Source: Candidatus Bathyarchaeota archaeon (lineage in GTDB: Archaea; Thermoproteota; Bathyarchaeia; TCS64). From it: a DNA stretch of 64,000 bases. Below the pieces are notes generated by a model. The model had not been told where the DNA came from and made no database searches. It was given only the letters and a program-made list of their open reading frames with translations. The translations under genes and the position numbers were made by a program. How positions within the stretch are numbered: the stretch's first letter is position 1; every line of letters begins with the position of its first letter. This document shows positions 9,631 to 18,440 of this stretch, piece by piece. The DNA lies in the NCBI GenBank assembly GCA_043826455.1, contig JBDRQD010000015.1:233353-297352 (forward strand), read 5' to 3'.

Positions 9631-10410
9631 TCACATAGAAAACAGGCCCTTGATGCTCATCCCGAGGGTTATGAGGACGGAACCTAGAACAATCAGAATA
9701 GCCGCGATGAATTTGCCGATGTCCTGCCCTGCCAGCGACGAGGACACGGTCGGGTCCTCTGACACGTAGGCTCCGAGAGCGTACAGCTCCTCGCCTATGA
9801 GGCTGTAGTCGCAGATGGCCACCAGGAACGGGATGTTGTGGGTTGTGTCTGTCCCGCCGAGCATCATCGCCCCCACGCGGGCGGCGTTCTCCGTGAAGAT
9901 GACGGCCTTGTGGTACCAGCTTCCGAGAAAGAAGGCGCCTGCCATCTCGTCGCTCCACATGTGGTTGATGATGTACATTCTGTCTGCGCCGTCTGGGAGG
10001 TACATCACCGTCTCGTCCAGCTTCAGCTCATCATGCTTGTTCTCAGCCCTGTAGGCCTCATCCACGATCTCGCTTGCGATGGTGTAAGCCAGACCCTGGG
10101 TAACGGGGACGAAGAACTTTGAGCCCAAGTGAGCAGCTTTTCGAGCCGTGTAGGCCAGGATCTGGAAGGCGGCCACCGTTGGCGCCAGCACGCTGGGGTT
10201 ATCCATGGTCACGGTGTCCATTAGGTAGTAGGCGGGGCGCCCCATCTCCACGCACCTACCAAGGATCTCGTCGATGACATCGACAGCCTGCAGTCTCCTG
10301 AGTTTAGGTATTTTACCTGAGTATGCTCTTTGCATGTAGTAGATGATTGATCCTGCGATAACGACTAGGGTCAGAAGGCCGACGAGTCGGCCCTCAACAA
10401 TTAATACCAA
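9631..10410 (-). CDS. DUF6754-like protein (operon gene 1)
   Basis: LRRLQAVDVIDEILGRCVEMGRP and CDYSLIGEELYALGAYVS...SLAGQD motifs (family from recall); terminal TM helices. Confidence 0.8.
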   Translation of the reverse strand: MVLIVEGRLVGLLTLVVIAGSIIYYMQRAYSGKIPKLRRLQAVDVIDEILGRCVEMGRPAYYLMDTVTMDNPSVLAPTVAAFQILAYTARKAAHLGSKFFVPVTQGLAYTIASEIVDEAYRAENKHDELKLDETVMYLPDGADRMYIINHMWSDEMAGAFFLGSWYHKAVIFTENAARVGAMMLGGTDTTHNIPFLVAICDYSLIGEELYALGAYVSEDPTVSSSLAGQDIGKFIAAILIVLGSVLITLGMSIKGLFSM

Positions 10411-10594
10411 TTGTTTTCCCCAAAATCAACGTGTTCATATTTACTATAAATATTTAATCACTGTTTTCTGTATTTTTAAAGAAATATGTAAAAACATTTG
10501 AGGGCTTCATGATAATATTTATTTTTTCTAAATAAACGGCGTATTTTATGAATAGCGTTAAATATTTTGGAAAAATAGTTTTTCTGATACTAAA

Positions 10595-13156
10595 TTGACG
10601 AAGAAAATTACTTCACCTGAAGAGTTCTTCGGCCATCAACTGGGGGCTGACGGGAAGATCGTCCGGTGGGACAAGATAGTCGAGTACTTCACGAGGCTCC
10701 AGAAGGAGTCCAAGCGGATCAAGATCATGGACATGGGGCCCTCAACCGAGGGCCACCCCTTCCTCATGGTGCTCATCACCAGCGAGGCTAACATGAAGGA
10801 CCTGGACAAGCTCCAGGACATCAACATCACCCTCACCAACCCTGGTGAGCTAACAGAGGAAGATGCCAGGCCCCTGGTGGAGGCCGGCAAGGCCGTGGTC
10901 ATCCAGAGCATGAGCCTCCACGCCACGGAGATCGGGGGCACCCAGATGGCCCCCGAGTTGGCCTACGAGCTCATCACCGGAGAGGACGAGGAGACCCGCC
11001 GCATCAGGGACAACGTGATCAGTGTCATGGTGCCGTGCTTCAACCCCGACGGCCAGGTCATGGTCACCGACTGGTACAACAAATACCTGGGCACAGAGTA
11101 CGAGGGGACGAGCCCGCCCTACCTGTACCACAAGTACACGGGCCACGATAACAACAGGGACGCCTTCGCCACCAACATCGTGGAGTCTCAGTACATGGCC
11201 CGGCTCATGTTCCACGACTGGCCACCTCAGGCTTACCAGGACCACCACCACATGGGCAGCTACGGCGCCCGCCTCTACGTCGCACCATATTCTGATCCAA
11301 TCCACCCCCACGGCGACCCCCTGGTCTGGCGTGAGCTGGCGTGGTATGGGGCCCACATGGCCTACAAGCTGGAGCAGGCGGGTAAGAGCGGCATCGTAAA
11401 CGCAGCCATATTCAGCGGCTGGGCCCACCTGGGCTTCCACTGGATAGGCATCTACCACAACATACCAAGCATGCTCACCGAGTCGGCGTCAGCCAAGCTG
11501 GCCACACCCCTCTTCATCCACCCGGAGCAGCTGAAGGAGGAGACCAAGGCGGGCACCCTTGTGGGCACCAGGATGATGCCCCACTACAAACCCACCACCA
11601 ACTTCCCCAACCCTTGGCCCGGCGGCTGGTGGAGGCTCCGCGACATAGTGGAGCAGCAGAAAATAAGCGCCTGGGCCCTCCTGGACCACATGGCCCGCAA
11701 CAAGGAGACAGTGCTATGGAACGCGTACCAGAAGGCCGTGAGGCAGACCCAGCGGGGCGCCGAGGACCTGGTCACCGCCTACGTGATCCCGGCCTCCCAG
11801 CACGACACCCGCACCATGGAGCTCATGGTGGAGAAGCTCATGGCCCAGAACCTGGAGATGTACAGGGCCAAGAACCCCTTCACAGGGGATGGAGCCGTCT
11901 ACGAGGAGGGCAGCTACGTGATCCCCCTGGCCCAGCCCAAGATGGGGCTGGTGAAGACGCTGCTGAGCCGCACAAGGTTCCCCGACGACAGCTTCACCCG
12001 GATGCCCGACGGCAGCCCCCACCGCCCCTACGACACGGCCACAGACACCATGGCCGAGTTCATGGGCGTGGACGTCTACCCGGTGGGCTACATAACGGAT
12101 GTGGAGTTGGAGCTCCTCCAGGACTACAAGCAACCGGTGGGCGCTGTGGACGAGTCCAGCAAGGTGGGGTACCTCCTGGACACCCGGGAGAACCACGCCT
12201 TCAAGGCCATCAACATGCTCCTGGCTGAGGGAGTCCCTGTGAAACGGGTCACGGAGCCCCTAATGGCAGGGGACTTCGAGCTGCCCTCGGGCTGCTTCAT
12301 AGTGGAGCCAGGCCACGAGGAGAAGCTCACTCGCGCTGCCGAGGCGAACGGTGTCAGCTTCCACGCATTGGCCGAGCTACGGGCCGAGACCAGGCCCGTG
12401 AAGCCCCAGCGGGTGGGCATGTACCAGCGTTACTGGGGTGGCAACATGGACGAGGGCTGGACCCGCCTCTGCCTGGAACAGTACCGCTTCAACTACGCGA
12501 TCCTCATGGACGAGGAAATCAAGAAGGGGGGCCTCAGGGACGGCTACGACGTCATCATCCTGCCCAGCGACCCCCCCGCCATTATCACGGGCGGCGACGA
12601 GCTGAAGAAGTGGTGGAAGGAGAACCGGCAGGGCTGGGAGCTACCCGAGTACCCCCCAGAGTACAGGAGCGGCCTGGGCGACGAGGGCAAGAAGGCGTTG
12701 AAGGAGTTCGTGGAGAAGGGTGGGACCCTGGTGTGCCTCGGAGACTCCAGCATGTACGCCGTGGAGGCCCTGGAGCTGAAGGTGGCCAACGTCCTGGAGA
12801 AGGTGCCCAGCAGGGATTTCCACTGCCCCGGCAGCACCATCCACATAGACGTTGACACTGAGCATCCGGTGGCCTACGGGATGCCGGAGGAGGCCCTGGC
12901 CCTGTTCTGGAACAGCCCTGCCTTCAAGATAATCCCCAGCCCGGATAACCACAAGTACAGCGTCATAGCCAGCTACCCGGAGTCCGACCTCCTGGAGTCG
13001 GGGTGGCTCGTGGGCGAGGAGAGGCTAGCCAACAAGATCGCCGCGCTGCAGGCCGAGTCAGGGCTGGGCAGGGCGATCCTCATCGGTTTCAGGTGCCAGC
13101 ACAGGTGCCAGACCGGCGGCACCTTCAAGCTCCTCTTCAACAGCCTCCTGGACTGA
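10595..13156 (+). CDS. M14 family zinc carboxypeptidase with C-terminal class I GATase-like domain; no signal peptide
   Basis: LHATE (HxxE), FNPDG, GHDNNRD, DHHHMG; C-terminal YDVIILP...FVEKGGTLVCLG. Confidence 0.9.
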   Translation: MTKKITSPEEFFGHQLGADGKIVRWDKIVEYFTRLQKESKRIKIMDMGPSTEGHPFLMVLITSEANMKDLDKLQDINITLTNPGELTEEDARPLVEAGKAVVIQSMSLHATEIGGTQMAPELAYELITGEDEETRRIRDNVISVMVPCFNPDGQVMVTDWYNKYLGTEYEGTSPPYLYHKYTGHDNNRDAFATNIVESQYMARLMFHDWPPQAYQDHHHMGSYGARLYVAPYSDPIHPHGDPLVWRELAWYGAHMAYKLEQAGKSGIVNAAIFSGWAHLGFHWIGIYHNIPSMLTESASAKLATPLFIHPEQLKEETKAGTLVGTRMMPHYKPTTNFPNPWPGGWWRLRDIVEQQKISAWALLDHMARNKETVLWNAYQKAVRQTQRGAEDLVTAYVIPASQHDTRTMELMVEKLMAQNLEMYRAKNPFTGDGAVYEEGSYVIPLAQPKMGLVKTLLSRTRFPDDSFTRMPDGSPHRPYDTATDTMAEFMGVDVYPVGYITDVELELLQDYKQPVGAVDESSKVGYLLDTRENHAFKAINMLLAEGVPVKRVTEPLMAGDFELPSGCFIVEPGHEEKLTRAAEANGVSFHALAELRAETRPVKPQRVGMYQRYWGGNMDEGWTRLCLEQYRFNYAILMDEEIKKGGLRDGYDVIILPSDPPAIITGGDELKKWWKENRQGWELPEYPPEYRSGLGDEGKKALKEFVEKGGTLVCLGDSSMYAVEALELKVANVLEKVPSRDFHCPGSTIHIDVDTEHPVAYGMPEEALALFWNSPAFKIIPSPDNHKYSVIASYPESDLLESGWLVGEERLANKIAALQAESGLGRAILIGFRCQHRCQTGGTFKLLFNSLLD

Positions 13157-14347
13157 AACATCTCTCATTATTTTTCTCTCCAAAACGGAGCTCCAGACGC
13201 TGGACAGCGCCACGGTCAGGATAATGATGATGAGGATCAGGTCCGGCATCATGTAGGCGTACTGGACCCCTGACGAAATAGCCAGCTGAGCCATTACTGC
13301 AGCCGCTATCCCCCTGGGCATCATGGCCACCAAAACGTTTCTCTGCCCCTTCAGTTCCGCGTCACCGATGCTTGTGAGGACCACTGAGATGAATCTGCCA
13401 GCTATCAGAAGCACCGTGATCAACGCACCGTATATGATGATGCTGTAGTTCTCTATGAACAGAATGAGGCCCAGGTACACGAAGAAGTAGGTTCGGATGA
13501 AGAAGCTCATCTGGCTCATGAACTTCCTCATCATGCTGCCGACCTCCACGCTTTCCTGCATCCGCAGCATCCCACCTATCTCCACGCTGTTACCTAGAAC
13601 CAGCCCGAAGACCAGGGAGAAGATGGCGCCGTTCCCGCCCACGATCTCAGTCAAACCGTAGAAGAGTATGGCCACGCTCAAGGTCAGTATGTCGTCGTAG
13701 ACGTTGTCCCTCAGCTTGCCCAGTATCTTGAGCCACAGGACCCCCAGCACCAGCCCGAAGACGACTCCTATGGAGAGGGTGCTGGTGATGCTCTGGGCCA
13801 TCTCGTTCAGGTTCATGACCCTGGTGTTGCTGAGGATGTCTAGGAACATGACACTCACCACGATGACGAGGGCGTCCGTGAACACAGACTCGAGGCTCAG
13901 CAGCGTCACGATCCTGTCAGACACGTTCAGCTTCCTCACCAGGCTGATGACTATGCTTGAGCTCGTGCCCCCGATCATGGCCCCAAGCATGAGCCCGTAG
14001 ATGAGGTCCCACCCCAGGAAGGTCCCCGTGAACAGAGCCGTCAGTACCATGCTGACTACCACGTTGAGGGCCCCGAGAACCATGGCCTTGGGGCTCTCCC
14101 CGAGAACCTTGAAGAGGTTCAGGTTCATGCCACCGTCGAGGAGTATTATAAGCAGCGCGAGGCTGCTGAAGATGGGGGCTATCCCAGCGAAGCTGGACGG
14201 CTCCACCAGGTGAAAAACTGGGCCAAGGAGAAGCCCGAAGAAGATGAGGATGAGGTTGTCCGGGATGCCTTTCCGTTTGAAAAGGTAGTTACCGATAAAG
14301 CCCAGGCTGATTATGACGCCTGTGAGAATGAAGACGAAGTAGCTCAA
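13058..14347 (-). CDS. CPA1/NhaP-type cation:proton antiporter
   Basis: IILLDGG, GTSSSIV, LSLESVFTD, MMPRGIAAAV; the last 99 nt overlap the M14 gene (true end may be about 13168). Confidence 0.92.
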   Translation of the reverse strand: MSYFVFILTGVIISLGFIGNYLFKRKGIPDNLILIFFGLLLGPVFHLVEPSSFAGIAPIFSSLALLIILLDGGMNLNLFKVLGESPKAMVLGALNVVVSMVLTALFTGTFLGWDLIYGLMLGAMIGGTSSSIVISLVRKLNVSDRIVTLLSLESVFTDALVIVVSVMFLDILSNTRVMNLNEMAQSITSTLSIGVVFGLVLGVLWLKILGKLRDNVYDDILTLSVAILFYGLTEIVGGNGAIFSLVFGLVLGNSVEIGGMLRMQESVEVGSMMRKFMSQMSFFIRTYFFVYLGLILFIENYSIIIYGALITVLLIAGRFISVVLTSIGDAELKGQRNVLVAMMPRGIAAAVMAQLAISSGVQYAYMMPDLILIIIILTVALSSVWSSVLERKIMRDVSVQEAVEEELEGAAGLAPVLAPETDEDRPAQP

Positions 14348-14426
14348 ATGGCTCCCCCCTTCAAGTTCTCATGTGTCCCCCTTAAATGGCTTCAAGTTTC
14401 AAAAAATGTGTTGCGGTTAGGGAGTT

Positions 14427-14639
14427 TTACTCTGTTGCGTCCTGCTCCCGTTGAGCTTTCTGCTTCTTTACTCCCTTCAGCTTGTCGAGTTCGCCGGTGA
14501 TCTCTCGCCGAATGGCCACGATCTCCTGGCTCAGCTTCACAACTTTACCCGGGGTGGCCTTCTCCTTCGCTAGCATGGCCTCCTCCACCAGCTTCTCGCT
14601 AAGCTTCCGGTGCAGTTCATGAATTTTCTCAGCGCTCAT
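14427..14639 (-). CDS. Small basic helical/coiled-coil hypothetical protein
   Basis: MSAEKIHELHRKLSEKL...; SD GAGGT just upstream; follows the Zn-finger gene. Confidence 0.55.
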   Translation of the reverse strand: MSAEKIHELHRKLSEKLVEEAMLAKEKATPGKVVKLSQEIVAIRREITGELDKLKGVKKQKAQREQDATE

Positions 14640-14643
14640 AGTT

Positions 14644-14835
14644 TTACCTCGTGACATGTGTCTTGCTGGGCTTCGCCTCATCCATGGGGGGATTCTCCTC
14701 TTCGCCCGAGGTCAGGCAGTCTATGCACAGCTTGTCGGTGAAGCTGCCGCAGTACCTGCAGAACCTTTTACCGCAGACCTTGCAGGTGTAGAGCTTCCCG
14801 GTGCTCTGCCCACAGACCTCGCACTCCTCCAGCAT
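14644..14835 (-). CDS. Small multi-CxxC zinc-finger protein
   Basis: CEVC, CKVC, CRYC, CIDC within 63 aa; ATG at 14835 preceded by GGTGA. Confidence 0.75.
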   Translation of the reverse strand: MLEECEVCGQSTGKLYTCKVCGKRFCRYCGSFTDKLCIDCLTSGEEENPPMDEAKPSKTHVTR

Positions 14836-15073
14836 GAAAACATCACCATGGCGGGTTATTCCAGCATACATCGCAGCATGGACCCCTGACCATAACCTTA
14901 TCATTACGTCAGGGACTCAAAAAATGAGAAATTTATCTCATTTATTTAAATAAACAGTGCAACCTTTTTTTATTTAGTGCATTAGAAAAAATACACTAAA
15001 ATTATTAACGTTCATTTAAAAACGCTGACTATCTTCTTCAATATTTAATTTAAGCGTGAAAAAACGTGTGGGC

Positions 15074-15649
15074 TCACGTGACCCTGAACCTGCAGATAGT
15101 TGAGCCAGTCACAGCCGACTCCAGAAGCTCCACTTTCACGTGCCGCCCCAGCACCTGCTCCCAGTACCTCTCCACGAAGCCCATGCTGCAGTTGCAGTAG
15201 GTGACGGACATGATCTCGCCTGGGGGCAGCCCCTGTACGAGGCCGCAGTAGCACCGCACACCGTACGCGTCGGGGGTGTAACCGAAGATGATGGTGTTCC
15301 CGTCCCTCTCAACCAGCATTCCTCTAGGCGGGCTCCTAGCCTCAGCATTCAGGAAATCCTCCAGCTTCTCGTATCCGGAGCGGCGTTTGAGGGCGCTGGC
15401 CACGGGCCCCGTGTGGCTGTGGTCCGCGCAGTTGCGTCCGCAGCTGCTCATGATCCTCATGCGGGTCTCCAGGTCGAGCAGCCCGTCCATCCTCTCCATG
15501 GCGGCCTTCACCCATTGGGCCACATCCTCCTTCGGGCTGGAGTCCCTCAGGCTGTGTGAGTCCTTCATTATGGCCTCGGATGCCTCTTCTCCCGCCTCCC
15601 TCGCGATGGTTGACTTCAGCTCCCTCAGCGGGCCCCTGATGTTCGGCAT
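15074..15649 (-). CDS. Cys-rich V4R-like protein (DUF6144-like)
   Basis: CGRNC, RCYCGLV, TYCNCSMGF, VKVELLESAVTGSTICRFRV. Confidence 0.72.
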   Translation of the reverse strand: MPNIRGPLRELKSTIAREAGEEASEAIMKDSHSLRDSSPKEDVAQWVKAAMERMDGLLDLETRMRIMSSCGRNCADHSHTGPVASALKRRSGYEKLEDFLNAEARSPPRGMLVERDGNTIIFGYTPDAYGVRCYCGLVQGLPPGEIMSVTYCNCSMGFVERYWEQVLGRHVKVELLESAVTGSTICRFRVT

Positions 15650-15673
15650 GTTCTCACCTTGTAGTGGGTAAGC

Positions 15674-16561
15674 CTACTTACCCTGGAAGTATTGGTAGAC
15701 GTTGAGGCTGACCTGGGCGATGGCTTCCTCCGCGGCGTACACGTCCTCGGCCCCCATGGTGAAGCAGCTCAACGCGTAGCGTTCCCCGGTCTCCTTGATG
15801 GTGACTACCCCAACGTCGTTCCTCACCCCTGGAAGGCTCCCCGTCTTCCTCTCAAGCCTGACCCTCTTAGTGGGCAGGTACTTGGGCATCCTGGCGGGCC
15901 CCGTCTGGCACTTGGCCATGATCCCCAGTATCTGGTCGCAGCTCTCCCTGCCCGCCGCCTCACCTCCGGCTATCAGCTCCAGCAGTCTGGTCATCTCGTC
16001 CGGCGTGGTCACGTCGTTGTCCTCGACCCTCAGGCTCCACGTGGGCCCTCCCTGTTCGGCTTCCTGGGCCTCCTCGAAGCGGCTCAGCGTCATCTCCCCT
16101 GCAGGTAGGCCGCTGAGACCCACTAGGTCGAAGAGGATCTCCCTGCAGTACCTGGTGATGCTGGTCCTGGTTAGGCCCAGCTCCCTGAGGGCCCTGTTCA
16201 CATTGCTGAAGCCGACCCTTGCAGCCACCAGGTCCGTGGCCGTGTTATCGCTCACGATCATCATGAGGCTGAGGAGGTCCCTCATGCTCACCTCCAGGCC
16301 CTCCGACAGCTCCTTGAGGATGCCTGAGCCCGGGACCTTGTCGGCCTCCCTCAGCGTGATCTTATCGTCTAGGCTCAGCAGTCCTCTCTCGTCCTGCCTG
16401 TAGAACTCCACTATGACGGGGACCTTGAAGACGCTGGCCGTGGGGAAAAGTCTGTCACCGTTCAAGCTAGCGGACTCCCCGGTGTCTATGTGTCTCACAG
16501 ATACTCCTAGAGCTCCCTTGAGGCCCTCGGCGGGTCTGGATACAGCTTCTTGAAGACTCAT
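15674..16561 (-). CDS. Class A beta-lactamase-related serine hydrolase, cytosolic
   Basis: ASVFK (SxxK), SDN, KTG motifs; no signal peptide. Confidence 0.9.
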   Translation of the reverse strand: MSLQEAVSRPAEGLKGALGVSVRHIDTGESASLNGDRLFPTASVFKVPVIVEFYRQDERGLLSLDDKITLREADKVPGSGILKELSEGLEVSMRDLLSLMMIVSDNTATDLVAARVGFSNVNRALRELGLTRTSITRYCREILFDLVGLSGLPAGEMTLSRFEEAQEAEQGGPTWSLRVEDNDVTTPDEMTRLLELIAGGEAAGRESCDQILGIMAKCQTGPARMPKYLPTKRVRLERKTGSLPGVRNDVGVVTIKETGERYALSCFTMGAEDVYAAEEAIAQVSLNVYQYFQGK

Positions 16562-16649
16562 GGATGAACAAGAGCGTTAAAGCCCTAAAACTCTAACGAC
16601 TGCCCTCGGGGTAGTTTCATATCGTCGGGCCTCCTAGTATTTGTGGTCA

Positions 16650-16910
16650 ATGATGTCTGAGGAGCCCGTGTACGTCGCCGAGGTCGTGAGCGTCAAGGGG
16701 AAGTGCAGCGCCGGCCACAAGACGGGGGACCGGTTCGAGATCAACACCCACAAGACAGGGGGCATCTGTGGCTACTGCTACCATGATCTGTTTCCCACCA
16801 TGATGAACATGTGCTACGGGGGACAGATACCTTGGATGAGCAACCAGGAGTTCAAGTACGAGTGCCCCGACAGCTGGAACCTGGTCACCTTCAAGGTGAC
16901 GAAGAAGTAA
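16650..16910 (+). CDS. TIGR04076 family small Cys protein
   Basis: GKCSAGHKTGDRF, GICGYCYHDLFP, CPD motifs. Confidence 0.8.
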   Translation: MMSEEPVYVAEVVSVKGKCSAGHKTGDRFEINTHKTGGICGYCYHDLFPTMMNMCYGGQIPWMSNQEFKYECPDSWNLVTFKVTKK

Positions 16911-17018
16911 CCTCTTTTTCTTATCTCAACCTATTTTTATAATCATATTACGGCTGTTAGCGGTTTTTAACATCACAATAAGGTTTATTAGCTCTGCGAT
17001 GCTCCCTGCAGGGATTCC

Positions 17019-18353
17019 TTGAGTGCGAACAATTTGGGGGAGCAACAGAACCGTAGCATGTTCTGGTTCATTCAGGGTAACGTCAAGGTCCTCATGTTCT
17101 GCAGGATCATATGGAGCTTCAGCACCAGCATCATCTACCCCTTTTTCAGCCTCTACATACTGGCATTAGGCGGCTCAAGCACAGAGATCGGGCTAATCAA
17201 CAGCCTCGGCCTCATCGCTGGAATGATCTTGTACCCAGTGGGTGGGTACATAGCGGACAGGGCCGGACGCGTCAAGCTCATCGGGTACAGCACCTTCCTC
17301 TACGCCTTCGCCCACCTCTTCTTCGTCATCGCTAACAACTGGCAGATGCTAGCCATTGGCCAGTTCTTCAGCCAGCTCCTCCTCTTCTACATGCCCGCCA
17401 TGAACGCCCTGGAGTCTGATAGCTTGCCCCCGGGTGTGAGAGGCAAGGGCTTCGCCATCATAATGGCTGTGCCCGGCGCGGTGAGGATCATAGCCCCTGT
17501 TGTGGGTGGCTTCATCATCGAGTGGTTTAAGGCCACTAGCAGTCTCAGCGACGACGCTGCCCTCGTCCAAGCAGTCAGGCTGTGCTGGGCCGTCGCCTTC
17601 GTCACAGGCCTCGTGGTCGCCTGGATAAGGCTCAGGTACCTGAAGGAGACCATCACAGAGGAGGATGGGGGCCGGAGGTTCAGCTTCAGGGAGATTCCGG
17701 GTATGATCGTCCCGGCCTACAGGAGCATCATGGACAGCGTCAGGTGGATGAACAGGAGCCTCCGCGTCATAGTGATCCTGGAGATGTTCGCCAGCTTCTT
17801 CATAGCCATGAGCGCCCCCTTCTACGTGGTCTACGCCAAGCAGATCATCGGCCTGGTGGAGAGCCAGTGGGGCCTGGTCATGTTCGTCAGCGGCCTCGTG
17901 GGCATCGTCCTGGCCTTCCCCCTGGGCAGCGCCACAGACAAGTATGGTGCTAGGAAGATGATTATGCTCGGTATGTTCCTATTGCCCGCCATGATCTTCA
18001 GCTTCCAGTACGCAGGCGGCTTCCTGGGAGTAGCAGCCATCCTGGTCGGCATACAGATATGCAACAACATGATGATCCCAGCCTTCAGCACCATCATCGC
18101 CAACATCATACCCAGAAGCCGCAGAGGCCGCCTCTACAGCCTCATCGGCGAGAGGGGGATATCCATCAACTTCGGCAACTTCTGGGGCGGCGGCTTCCTC
18201 CTATTCCCCCCCGCGGCTCTAGGAGCCTACATCGGCGGCTGGGTCTACAAGATGGACCCCAACATGCCATGGATAATCACTGGCGCCGCCATCCTCATAT
18301 GCGCCATCCTGGTCTATTTCTTCGTCCAGGAGCCCGATGAGGCTCAGCAGTAA
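17019..18353 (+). CDS. MFS transporter (tandem copy 1)
   Basis: GGYIADRAGR motif A; about 12 TM. Confidence 0.92.
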   Translation: MSANNLGEQQNRSMFWFIQGNVKVLMFCRIIWSFSTSIIYPFFSLYILALGGSSTEIGLINSLGLIAGMILYPVGGYIADRAGRVKLIGYSTFLYAFAHLFFVIANNWQMLAIGQFFSQLLLFYMPAMNALESDSLPPGVRGKGFAIIMAVPGAVRIIAPVVGGFIIEWFKATSSLSDDAALVQAVRLCWAVAFVTGLVVAWIRLRYLKETITEEDGGRRFSFREIPGMIVPAYRSIMDSVRWMNRSLRVIVILEMFASFFIAMSAPFYVVYAKQIIGLVESQWGLVMFVSGLVGIVLAFPLGSATDKYGARKMIMLGMFLLPAMIFSFQYAGGFLGVAAILVGIQICNNMMIPAFSTIIANIIPRSRRGRLYSLIGERGISINFGNFWGGGFLLFPPAALGAYIGGWVYKMDPNMPWIITGAAILICAILVYFFVQEPDEAQQ

Positions 18354-18440
18354 GCCCGCGTGAAGCGGCTTAACGTTTTCTTGGGGTAACATATATTACG
18401 GTCCATCCAACATTTTGCATGTTTTTAGGAGAAGCGGTTC

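Noticed and set aside
14915..15065. Replication origin
   Set aside because: AT-rich, but no ORB repeats and no adjacent cdc6/orc1 gene.
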